Part shown: piece by piece, positions 28,995-37,848 of the stretch
Layout: each line of letters begins with the position of its first letter
Position numbering within the stretch: the first letter of the stretch is position 1
Source of the DNA: Minisyncoccota bacterium
GTDB taxonomy: Bacteria; Patescibacteriota; Minisyncoccia; Phycocordibacterales; UBA9973
DNA length: 64,000 nucleotides
Direction: 5' to 3'
Assembly (NCBI GenBank): GCA_041659205.1
Contig: JBAZYS010000002.1
Coordinates: 1,627-65,626, forward strand
Notes under the pieces: generated by a model
Told to the model about the DNA's origin: nothing
The model's database searches: none
Seen by the model: the letters and a program-made list of their open reading frames with translations, nothing else
Program-made: the position numbers and the translations under genes

Positions 28995-30059
28995 ATGTCT
29001 AAAATAACCATAAAAAAATTGCTAAAAAGTGAAGTGGAAATAGAAGGAGAAATAGATTCTGCTATTTTCGAGTCTTATTTCAATAAAGCATTAAAAAAAC
29101 TTGGAGAAAATATCAACCTAGCTGGTTTCAGAAAAGGAAAAATTCCAGAAAGTGTTTTACTTTCTAATATTCCAGAAATTAGTATCTTAGAAGAAATGGC
29201 GGAACTCGCGCTCGGTGAACATTACCCTAAAATTGTCGAGGAGGAAAAAATAGATGCCATCGGCCGCCCAGAAATCTCTATTACTAAACTAGCCCGCAAT
29301 AATCCACTTGGATTTAAAATTAAAACAGCAATATTGCCTACAATTAAACTTCCCGACTACAAAGAAGACGCTAAAAAAATAATATCGAAGATTACAGATG
29401 CTGAGAAAAATACCGAAGTCTCTCCTGAAGATTTAGAAAATACAATAATGGATATCAGAAAATCTCGTGCTCCAAAAATACACATGGCAGAGGAACATGA
29501 GCATACAGAGGGGGAGGAACATGTCCACCCAGAGCCTGAACTCCCAGAATTCAATGATGAATTTGTCCGAGCGATAGGGCCCTTTAAAGATGTAGCGGAT
29601 TTTAAAGATAAATTAAAAGAAAATATCAAACTAGAAAAAGAAAACCAATTAAAAGAAAAAACTCGATTAAAGATAATCGAAAAAATAATAGATGATAGCG
29701 AAGTAGAACTACCAAATCTTTTAGTTGAAATTGAGTTAGATAAAATCTTATATAAAATGGAATCCGACATCACTCAGATGGGCCTAAAATTTGAAGATTA
29801 TTTAAAACATCTAAATAAAACTGTGGAGGACTTGAGAAAAGATTTCAAAACTGATGCGGAGAAAAAAGCTAAATTCGCTCTTATCTTAAATGAAATCGCA
29901 AAAGTAGAAAAAATAGTCGCCGACGAAGAACAAGTAGCGATGGAAGTCGCAGCCATCCTGGAACACTATAAAGATGCAGACCCTGAGAGAGCTCGCATGC
30001 ATGCAGAAAATGTCCTTACAAATGAAAAAATCTTTCAGTTTTTGGAGAATCAAAAATAA
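28995..30059 (+). CDS. tig: Trigger factor lacking most of the FKBP domain
   Basis: GFRKGKIP ribosome-binding motif; upstream of clpP; short middle region. Confidence 0.88.
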   Translation: MSKITIKKLLKSEVEIEGEIDSAIFESYFNKALKKLGENINLAGFRKGKIPESVLLSNIPEISILEEMAELALGEHYPKIVEEEKIDAIGRPEISITKLARNNPLGFKIKTAILPTIKLPDYKEDAKKIISKITDAEKNTEVSPEDLENTIMDIRKSRAPKIHMAEEHEHTEGEEHVHPEPELPEFNDEFVRAIGPFKDVADFKDKLKENIKLEKENQLKEKTRLKIIEKIIDDSEVELPNLLVEIELDKILYKMESDITQMGLKFEDYLKHLNKTVEDLRKDFKTDAEKKAKFALILNEIAKVEKIVADEEQVAMEVAAILEHYKDADPERARMHAENVLTNEKIFQFLENQK

Positions 30060-30072
30060 AAATATAGTTATT

Positions 30073-30109
30073 AAAAAAGCCCCGAAAGAAAATTCTTTCG
30101 GGGCTTTTT
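30073..30109. terminator. Bidirectional intrinsic terminator
   Basis: AAAAAGCCCCGAAAGAA-AA-TTCTTTCGGGGCTTTTT between convergent genes. Confidence 0.85.
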
Positions 30110-30124
30110 CTTAATTTAATAATT

Positions 30125-33100
30125 TTATTTACAATACTGATCCCAAGTAGGCTGAAAATTTACTCCACAATATTTAGAAGGATAATTTGTCTGACATTGA
30201 GTAGCTTCATAATATTTACAGTCGTAAGTAAGGGATTCACAACCCGTCAGACTTCCATGCGCTTGCTTCATCGTACCAGCTGCAATAAATCCATCAATAA
30301 CCTTTTCAAATGCAGTTCTTCCGCCAATCGAAGGAATGTTTTTATCACAGTAATTGACAAGACCCCCTTTGCCAGGAGAAACTAATCCTTTATATAGACC
30401 ATCCATGGTCTTAATAGTATTATCCCAGTCATATCCAGTCATCTTATAAAAGACTTCTCTGTACCCAAGACTATACCCACCGACAGGTGTATTGAGAAGT
30501 GTTTGTTCATGACCGGCTGGAGCATCATAGGTACTTGCATTCGTAGCCATTACACCCAGATTAGTATTTTGGTATGGATTAAGTCTTTTAATTTCTTTTG
30601 CTCCCAGGTAAGCCAAGGTACAAACATTTATACGACTAAACTCAGCCATTAGATGCTCATATCCATAACCGACTTGATACGCAGGATCCGCTTTAGCTTT
30701 TCCATTGATTGGGTACTGCACTAAATCTGCTGCATATTCAGCTTGCATTTGTGAACCTGGTTCCGTACAGCCATATTGATTATATCGGTCTAATTGTTTT
30801 TTTATCAAAGCATCCCACTGTTTCTGAGAAACGGAAAGTTTCCACTCATTTGCATCAATAGATGCTCGAGAAGGAATTGGAAGAGGATTTGCTTCTGCTA
30901 ATCGACGATAGAGACTAGCAGCTAGAACTTGAGTCGTTGCAGTTTCTCCTGCAAGAAGAGTCCCTCTTGGTAAGATATCCCCTGCTGGAAGAGATCCAAA
31001 TGCTCCAGCACTACCAGAAGCAAGTTCATCATAGACACGAGTGCATGAAGAGAATTCATATTCAAGAGGGAAATTTCCTTGTGCATCATTACAGAAACGT
31101 TTTGCTAAACGATCGAAACGTTGTCCGATAGTTTCTCCTGCAACGGATGCCCAGCGCATTGCATCGTCCCCAAGTGAAACTGGTGTCGAATAAGAAGCCC
31201 AAATAGGCGAACCACCAAAACCAGTGACAGTACACATAATCGGCAACAAACCATTTGTGACCACTCCGGCCTCTACTCTTCTTGTAGGTTGAACACCTGA
31301 TGATGTTTTTGGAAGTGGATTTGAAATATCTTTTTGTTTAGCTTGAGCAGAAACTTGAGAGATGGCTGTATATATTTCGGAATAAGGAACGTTATCACCA
31401 CATGAATAAACTTTAGCTGGTGGCACAGTTCCAGCATTGACCGTCACACTTCCACCTCCTGTTCTACCCAATCCTCCTGTGCAAACAAGTGTATAAGTAT
31501 GTGCGCCCTCAGCAAGTGCAGGAGTAGTATAAGTCCCAGCACCCTCAGTCGCACCTGACCAGTCTCCAGACTTTACACAACCAGAAGTCACATTGCTTGA
31601 TGTATAGGTAATGACCGATGTTCCTCCAACAGCAACTGTTACAGGTGAAGCAGAAATTGTAACTACCGGTGCGAGAGGTGTTTGAAAATCAACAACGTTC
31701 CCTGGTGGTGTGTTTGTGTTTGTATTTGATGTATTGCTATTCGTGTTTGAAGATGTATTGCTTGAAGTATTTGAACTGATAGATCCAGCCGCTTCAGCGT
31801 TCATTTCTGCTTTAGTAAATTTACCCACAAGCCCATCAACTTTTAGCCCATGTTTTTGTTGCCATGTTTTTATAACAACAGTAGTTTTTGGCCCTAGCTT
31901 ACCATCCAATACCAAACCAAGTCCTTCTCTGTCATTAAGAAATTTTTGCAATGCCACAACATATTGACCCTTGCTTCCTCTTCGGAGAGTTGCAGGACCA
32001 AAATCATAACTGGTAGGCTTGGGACCTGAAGTATTTTGTAAATTTTGTGCTGGAGGATTAACTGGTGGTGGAGTAGCAGGTGGTGGAGTTACTGGAGCGA
32101 TAGGAGGTACGGGAGTGGCACTTACAATACATGGCTTCCCTGAAATTGGATGAAATTTATCTCCAGGTAGACAACCTGCGAGCAAAGAGGTTCCACTTGT
32201 AGCACATGGCTTCCCCGTTATTGGATGAAACTTATCTCCAGGGGCACAACTTGTTGCAGTCGGAGTACCGGATCCCGTTGGGGTTACCACAATAGGATCA
32301 ATAATAAAGAAAGTTATAGCATTCGCAGCAATTACTGCATCCGAAGAACCAAAATTTAAACTAAGAACATATGAAGATGCACTTTTCGGAATAGTTGTTT
32401 CAACATAACAACTCTCAACATCTGAAAAAATACAATCCGCTGTTTTAACCATTGAATATACCTTACCTACTTTCCAAGAAAAGCTTCCTGAATTTGGAAC
32501 AGTAGTATAGCCTGGTGAAAGATAATATGTTTTATCTACTCCATTAACTTTACCAGCAACTGTTATGTTGCCAAACGTACTACCTGGAAATTTTGTTTTA
32601 TTCCAAGTAATATTTTGAGTTTTTCCAATTTGCCAAGAATTATTACTTGCTAAAGTATAAGCACTAGCACCTGCTCCCGTACCTGTCCCAGTGCCTCCGC
32701 TTGTTCCACCACTAGTTCCAGTCCCTGTTCCTGAACCGCTGCCAGTACCGCTCCCTATTCCTCCAACTGTAAAGGTAAATGGGGTACTAGAAAGAATAGT
32801 GCATGTTCCAGAACCTATACCACGGCACGCATCTTGATCAGACAAATTTTTAAGTGTAAGAGTATGCGTACCAGATGCAAGCGAAACATTAATCCCAGGG
32901 AAATTGTCTGCTTGATAAGTAGCAGGAAGAGAGAAACTAAAAGACGTTGATGATATTAAGGTAGGATTTAAGGTCTTAGTTTTTCCATAAACTCCCTCAT
33001 CTAGAACAACTGAAGTAACAAGAATAGAAGGGTCTAATATAATAAAGTTTGTACCAGTTACTGCAACAGCCGCACCAGCAACTGGTGTTACTGGAGAAAT

Positions 33101-33751
33101 ACTTGAAATGGTTGGTTTCTGTATTGCGACAGGAACATTAAGTTCACCTTTACTACCTTCACCAAAAGAATTCAGACAGGTAATAAAAAAATGATAATTG
33201 GGTGTGTGGAGAGGACCAACAGTTTCTGTTCCAGAAGTTAGACTTGAATTCCAATTTGGATGCTCAGCTAAAGGTAAACAAGAAGCAGCACCATGTGCAG
33301 CCCAAGTAATAGTCGTTGTTCCTCCTTCATTTACGGATGTTGGACTTGCGGTAATTGTAAATGTTGGCAGAGGACCCTGAGATGGAATGATTTCAACAGA
33401 ATTACTGTCAGAGGCTGTTCCACCTGGACCAGTACAGGTAATGCCGTAAGTGTGAAGTCCGAGAGCTGGTGTTATAAAATCATGACCGCTCTTTGCAATA
33501 ACATTAACCCCAGCGAGGTCTCCCGTACCAGTACAGCTCGTAGCATTCGTTAATACCCAGCTAACAGTAAAAGAATAACCATAGATAAGACGTGGTGGAG
33601 TATACTGACTTGCAGGATTTAAGGTTGTGATAATTCTAACCGTTGGAACAGCCTGCGCGTGAGCAACAGAAGTGAACATATGCCCTGCACTTAATAAAAC
33701 AACTAGAGAAAATAGAAAAATTTTAAGACTTTTAAATATTTTTATTGACAT
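30125..33751 (-). CDS. Large secreted protein with Ig/IPT-like and peptidoglycan-binding domains
   Basis: Signal peptide; PTISSISP; TLRRGSKGQYVVALQKFL...DGKLGPKT...DGLVG PG-binding motif; two C.PGDKFHPI.GKPC repeats. Confidence 0.8.
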   Translation of the reverse strand: MSIKIFKSLKIFLFSLVVLLSAGHMFTSVAHAQAVPTVRIITTLNPASQYTPPRLIYGYSFTVSWVLTNATSCTGTGDLAGVNVIAKSGHDFITPALGLHTYGITCTGPGGTASDSNSVEIIPSQGPLPTFTITASPTSVNEGGTTTITWAAHGAASCLPLAEHPNWNSSLTSGTETVGPLHTPNYHFFITCLNSFGEGSKGELNVPVAIQKPTISSISPVTPVAGAAVAVTGTNFIILDPSILVTSVVLDEGVYGKTKTLNPTLISSTSFSFSLPATYQADNFPGINVSLASGTHTLTLKNLSDQDACRGIGSGTCTILSSTPFTFTVGGIGSGTGSGSGTGTGTSGGTSGGTGTGTGAGASAYTLASNNSWQIGKTQNITWNKTKFPGSTFGNITVAGKVNGVDKTYYLSPGYTTVPNSGSFSWKVGKVYSMVKTADCIFSDVESCYVETTIPKSASSYVLSLNFGSSDAVIAANAITFFIIDPIVVTPTGSGTPTATSCAPGDKFHPITGKPCATSGTSLLAGCLPGDKFHPISGKPCIVSATPVPPIAPVTPPPATPPPVNPPAQNLQNTSGPKPTSYDFGPATLRRGSKGQYVVALQKFLNDREGLGLVLDGKLGPKTTVVIKTWQQKHGLKVDGLVGKFTKAEMNAEAAGSISSNTSSNTSSNTNSNTSNTNTNTPPGNVVDFQTPLAPVVTISASPVTVAVGGTSVITYTSSNVTSGCVKSGDWSGATEGAGTYTTPALAEGAHTYTLVCTGGLGRTGGGSVTVNAGTVPPAKVYSCGDNVPYSEIYTAISQVSAQAKQKDISNPLPKTSSGVQPTRRVEAGVVTNGLLPIMCTVTGFGGSPIWASYSTPVSLGDDAMRWASVAGETIGQRFDRLAKRFCNDAQGNFPLEYEFSSCTRVYDELASGSAGAFGSLPAGDILPRGTLLAGETATTQVLAASLYRRLAEANPLPIPSRASIDANEWKLSVSQKQWDALIKKQLDRYNQYGCTEPGSQMQAEYAADLVQYPINGKAKADPAYQVGYGYEHLMAEFSRINVCTLAYLGAKEIKRLNPYQNTNLGVMATNASTYDAPAGHEQTLLNTPVGGYSLGYREVFYKMTGYDWDNTIKTMDGLYKGLVSPGKGGLVNYCDKNIPSIGGRTAFEKVIDGFIAAGTMKQAHGSLTGCESLTYDCKYYEATQCQTNYPSKYCGVNFQPTWDQYCK

Positions 33752-33866
33752 AAAATGTAATGATTAAAACTATTTATAATCTATCTATTATATCATAGTA
33801 AAATATCAAAAAAACATCCCAAAAGGATAAACTTGAAAAATTATCAAAAAGATATATTATAAGGAT

Positions 33867-34472
33867 ATGCTTATACCTACAGTTATAGAAAAATCACAAT
33901 TTGGAGAGAGGGCTTATGATATATATTCCCGTCTTTTACGAGAACGTATCGTATTTTTAGCAGGTCCAATAGACGACCACACAGCAAACATTATCATTGC
34001 CCAACTTCTCTTCCTCGAATCCGAAGATGCAAAAAAGGATGTCTTCCTTTATATAAATTCTCCTGGTGGTTCCGTCACCTCCACGATGGCTATTGTAGAC
34101 ACGATGAACCATGTTCGACCCGATATCTCCACTTTTTGTGTCGGGCTCGCCGCTTCTGGCGCAGCGATTATTTTATCCGCAGGTAAGAAAGGTAAACGTT
34201 ACATTTTACCAAATGCAGAAGTAATGATTCACCAACCCTTGGGCGGAGTAGAAGGCCAAGCAACAGACATAGAAATCACTGCAAAGCATATTTTGAAAAC
34301 AAGAGACAATTTAAATAAACTTCTAGCAAAAAATACAGGAAAACTCCTCTCCCAGCTTGAAAAAGATGTGGAAAGAGACTTTTTTATGGACGCAACCGAG
34401 GCCAAAAAATACGGCATTATTGACGAAATAGTCACTAAATCTAAAAACCCTTCCCCAAAAGAAACCAACTAG
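33867..34472 (+). CDS. clpP: ATP-dependent Clp protease proteolytic subunit
   Basis: [27 protein letters not shown]. Confidence 0.97.
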   Translation: MLIPTVIEKSQFGERAYDIYSRLLRERIVFLAGPIDDHTANIIIAQLLFLESEDAKKDVFLYINSPGGSVTSTMAIVDTMNHVRPDISTFCVGLAASGAAIILSAGKKGKRYILPNAEVMIHQPLGGVEGQATDIEITAKHILKTRDNLNKLLAKNTGKLLSQLEKDVERDFFMDATEAKKYGIIDEIVTKSKNPSPKETN

Positions 34473-34670
34473 ACATAACTCTCTTTGTTTGTTATACTTT
34501 AGACGTTGAATTTTAAAAATTATTTCGTTTAATTTATAGTTGGTTCGCAGGAATATCCCATATATTATGAAGTTTTTAAAGAAAAATTTGCAAATCTTTA
34601 CTCGATTTTTTCCAGCAAGGAAACAAAACTAAAATATAGTGGTTTGTTCTTGTAAGCTCGCTCAAAGCTT

Positions 34671-36200
34671 ATGAGTATAACAATAGTAATTACAATCGGA
34701 GTCGTAGCACTCCTTTTGGGTGTGGGGATAGGATACTATCTTCGCCTAATCATTGCATTAGGGAAAAGAAGATCTATAGAAATAGACATCAAGCAAATGA
34801 TGGTCGGTGCAAAAGAAGAAGCGCAAAAGATTACCGATGAAGCAAAGAAGAAGTCGGAAGAACAACTCGCATATCTAAAAGAAGAAGAGAAAAAGAAAGA
34901 AAATGAGTTTAAAGAAACAGAAAAAAGGCTCATCAAGAAAGACGAATTTCTAGACTCGCGTCAGGTTGAAGTAAATAAAGAAGTCGAAGGGATTAAAATC
35001 AAAGTAGAAGAAATCAAAAAAATCCAAGAAAAAGTATCTAAAATAGAAGCAGAAAAAATAATTGAACTTGAAAGAGTTGCAAAGTTAACAGAAATTGAGG
35101 CAAAAGATGAACTCTTGAAAGACGTTGAGAAAAAATACGAAGAAGATATATTAATCAGAATTCAAAAACTAGAAAATTCTAATGAGGAAAAATTAGACCG
35201 AAGAGCAAAAGACATTTTAGCTACTTCTATTCAGCGTCTCGCTTCCAGTACTGCCTCAGAACTAATGACGACCGTCGTCTCTATTCCAAACAATGAAATA
35301 AAGGGAAAGATAATAGGAAAAGAAGGCCGAAATATCCGAGCATTCGAGAGAGCTTCCGGAGTTGAACTCATCGTGGACGATACACCTGGCTCAATCGTTA
35401 TTTCTTCATTCGACCCTATTAGAAGACAAGTTGCTAGACTCGCACTTGAAAACTTAATCTTAGATGGACGCATCCAACCAGCTAAAATAGAAGAACTCGT
35501 AGATAAAGCAAAAGAGGAAATCAATAAAATCATCAAAGAAAAAGGTGAACAAGCAGTCTATGAATGTGGAATATTCAACTTTGATCCACGCATCATCGCA
35601 ATCGTTGGAAGATTATATTTCCGAACAAGTTATGGACAAAATGTTCTTCAGCACTCTATAGAAATGGCCCACATAGCTGGAATGCTCGCAGAAGAACTCG
35701 GTGCAGACGTTGCTATCGCAAAAGCCGGAGCACTTGTCCATGACATCGGTAAAGCTCTCGATCATGAAGTTCAGGGAACCCACATTGAGATAGGAATGCG
35801 CATCTTGCAGAAGTTCGGTGCTGATGAACGCATCATAACTGCAATGAAAAGCCACCATGAGGACTATCCTTATGAAACTATTGAATCAATCATCGTCCAG
35901 ACAGCTGACGCCATCTCTGGTGGCCGCCCTGGTGCACGTCGTGACTCAGTGGAAAACTACCTAAAGAGACTTCAGGAACTTGAAGCCCTTGTAAACGGCT
36001 TCCCTGCTGTCGAGAAATCATATGCTTTACAAGCTGGCCGAGAAATCCGCATATTTGTTACTCCAGAAAAGATTTCTGATGCCGAAGCAAAACTTATGGC
36101 TCGTGATATTGCTATTAAAATAGAACAAGAACTCAAATACCCTGGAGAAATCAAGGTCACAATGATTCGTGAAACAAGAATCATTGAATATGCTCGCTAG
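34671..36200 (+). CDS. rny: Ribonuclease Y
   Basis: N-terminal TM plus coiled coil; KGKIIGKEGRNIR KH domain; HDIGKA HD domain; QAGREIRI. Confidence 0.97.
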   Translation: MSITIVITIGVVALLLGVGIGYYLRLIIALGKRRSIEIDIKQMMVGAKEEAQKITDEAKKKSEEQLAYLKEEEKKKENEFKETEKRLIKKDEFLDSRQVEVNKEVEGIKIKVEEIKKIQEKVSKIEAEKIIELERVAKLTEIEAKDELLKDVEKKYEEDILIRIQKLENSNEEKLDRRAKDILATSIQRLASSTASELMTTVVSIPNNEIKGKIIGKEGRNIRAFERASGVELIVDDTPGSIVISSFDPIRRQVARLALENLILDGRIQPAKIEELVDKAKEEINKIIKEKGEQAVYECGIFNFDPRIIAIVGRLYFRTSYGQNVLQHSIEMAHIAGMLAEELGADVAIAKAGALVHDIGKALDHEVQGTHIEIGMRILQKFGADERIITAMKSHHEDYPYETIESIIVQTADAISGGRPGARRDSVENYLKRLQELEALVNGFPAVEKSYALQAGREIRIFVTPEKISDAEAKLMARDIAIKIEQELKYPGEIKVTMIRETRIIEYAR

Positions 36201-36322
36201 AAAATATTATAAATACAACTTTTAAAGGGGGTTTCGAGGCTGACGAGCCGAGAACTTCAGGATTTCTTAAGCTTCAAGAAATCCGTACCCTTTAAAAGTT
36301 AGTATTTATTATAAATTTTCTA
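36198..36322 (+). repeat. Structured repeat family A, copy A3
   Basis: GTTTC-GA-GGCT-GACG-AGCC-GA-GAACTTCA-GGATTTCTT-AAGCTTC-AAGAAATCC-GTA; starts at the rny TAG. Confidence 0.95.
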
Positions 36323-36456
36323 AACTATACAAACACTTGCCTTAAAAAACCCTTGATATATAATGTATGGGTATCAATAATAAGGGTTAAATGTCACGCC
36401 AAAGGCGGACAGGGTCGAAGGATTATAAAATTATAAAAATAACTTATAAAAAACAC

Positions 36457-36729
36457 ATGAATAAACAAGCATTAGCTGAATTAGTACATGGAAAGCTCGG
36501 TGGTACAAAAGTACAAGCTGAGGAAATCGTTGACTCATTATTTGACGCTATCATCCAAACATTAAAAAAGGGAGGTGAAGTTTCAATCGCAGGTTTTGGT
36601 ATCTTTTCTGTAAAGGCAAGAGCTGCAAGAATGGCTCGCAATCCAAAGACTGGAGAGCAAGTAAAAGTAGCTGCAAAGAAAGTTCCAAAATTCCGAGCTG
36701 CAAAAGGTTTGAAAGACATGGTTGCTTAA
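36457..36729 (+). CDS. hup: DNA-binding protein HU
   Basis: MNKQAL...GFGIFSV..RAARMARNPKTGE...PKFRAAKGLK. Confidence 0.96.
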   Translation: MNKQALAELVHGKLGGTKVQAEEIVDSLFDAIIQTLKKGGEVSIAGFGIFSVKARAARMARNPKTGEQVKVAAKKVPKFRAAKGLKDMVA

Positions 36730-36735
36730 TTTTTA

Positions 36736-36753
36736 CCTGTCTGCGCAGGCAGG
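36736..36753. repeat. 18-bp palindromic element (intergenic copy)
   Basis: CCTGTCTGCGCAGGCAGG. Confidence 0.8.
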
Positions 36754-36759
36754 TCTCGA

Positions 36760-36811
36760 GATAAAAATAAAAACACCCCAAACGAAAGTAAGGGGTGTTT
36801 TTATTTTTATC
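36760..36811. terminator. Intrinsic terminator after hup
   Basis: GATAAAAATAAAAACACCCC...GGGGTGTTTTTATTTTTATC. Confidence 0.8.
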
Positions 36812-36929
36812 TAGATTTTTTGGAATATATCTTTTGAAGGGGGTTTCGAGGCTGACGAGCCGAGAACTTCAGAATTTTTTAAGCTTCAAAAAATTCGTGC
36901 CCGAAAAAAGTTATATTCCAAAAAATCTA
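36812..36929 (+). repeat. Structured repeat family A, copy A4
   Basis: GTTTC-GA-GGCT-GACG-AGCC-GA-GAACTTCA-GAATTTTTT-AAGCTTC-AAAAAATTC-GTGCC; ends on the lexA stop codon. Confidence 0.95.
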
Positions 36930-37493
36930 ATATTTTCGAATCACCGCTTTCAAAACTGCATTTATGTTTAAAGAGTGCACAGGATAGATTGGTTTATAGT
37001 TTTTATTCGCTGGCTCGAGCCATACTTTTGCCCCAACTTTACGAAAGTATTTCATCGTAAACTCCCCATCCACTTCAGCGATGACTATCTGCATATCTTT
37101 CGCAGCAGTCGCTTTCTCTACGAGCACCATATCTCCCTTTTCAATGTGCGCGTCGATCATAGAGTCACCGTCGACTTCAAGCATATATGTCAGTGATTTA
37201 TTTTTTATTAAAAGGTCATCTAGCTTTATTGTATCTACCAATTCCTCTTCCACTGTGGCTGGAAATCCTGCGGTAACAAAACCAAGCATTGGCACTTCTC
37301 CGAAGGTTTCAGCTGGAATAAGTCTACCCAAATGATCTTTCCCTACGAGCCCTGCCTCTATTAATTTCTCCACAACTTTAAATACAGCATTTTTTGATTT
37401 GAAATTAAAGAGCTTCAGCATTTCAGAATATGTCGGCATCCTTTTATTGTCTCCGTAGAATGACTCTAATTTTAGCTGATAGGTATTCTTCAT
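36927..37493 (-). CDS. lexA: LexA repressor
   Basis: MPTYSEM wHTH; VTAGFP Ala-Gly cleavage site; GDSM Ser; TMK Lys. Confidence 0.9.
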   Translation of the reverse strand: MKNTYQLKLESFYGDNKRMPTYSEMLKLFNFKSKNAVFKVVEKLIEAGLVGKDHLGRLIPAETFGEVPMLGFVTAGFPATVEEELVDTIKLDDLLIKNKSLTYMLEVDGDSMIDAHIEKGDMVLVEKATAAKDMQIVIAEVDGEFTMKYFRKVGAKVWLEPANKNYKPIYPVHSLNINAVLKAVIRKY

Positions 37494-37496
37494 AAA

Positions 37497-37703
37497 TTAG
37501 AACTGAAGACGAGAACTAAAAAGTGTTGGAAAAAATCTACTAAAGAAGCTTCTTCTAGAATGATAACGAACTTTTTTCAAAAGTAATTTGTGCTCTCTCG
37601 CCTCCTTCATATAGTTTCTCCCTTCTAAGATTTTTAGATCAATCTTTTTATTGATCCTTTGAATCTCTTTATCTAACATTTTTAAATATTGTGATTGTGA
37701 CAT
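37497..37703 (-). CDS. Small basic hypothetical protein, first gene of the lexA operon
   Basis: 68-aa ORF ending 3 nt before lexA; directly behind the SOS-box promoter. Confidence 0.65.
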   Translation of the reverse strand: MSQSQYLKMLDKEIQRINKKIDLKILEGRNYMKEAREHKLLLKKVRYHSRRSFFSRFFPTLFSSRLQF

Positions 37704-37769
37704 TGCTTTATGCTACTTATTGTTACTAATTTCGGCTTGCTTCCGCCAGAGGCGGACAGGCATGTAAAT

Positions 37770-37798
37770 AGTATAAGTGAACGAGCGTTCACTGTCAA
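37770..37798 (-). promoter_or_regulatory. Sigma70 promoter with LexA (SOS) box in the spacer
   Basis: TTGACA-GTGAACGCTCGTTCACT(17)-TATACT; palindrome GAAC-N4-GTTC. Confidence 0.85.
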
Positions 37799-37848
37799 CA
37801 ATCCCCCTGTGGATAACTAATTATTCACCCCTTCGACTTTGCTCAGGA

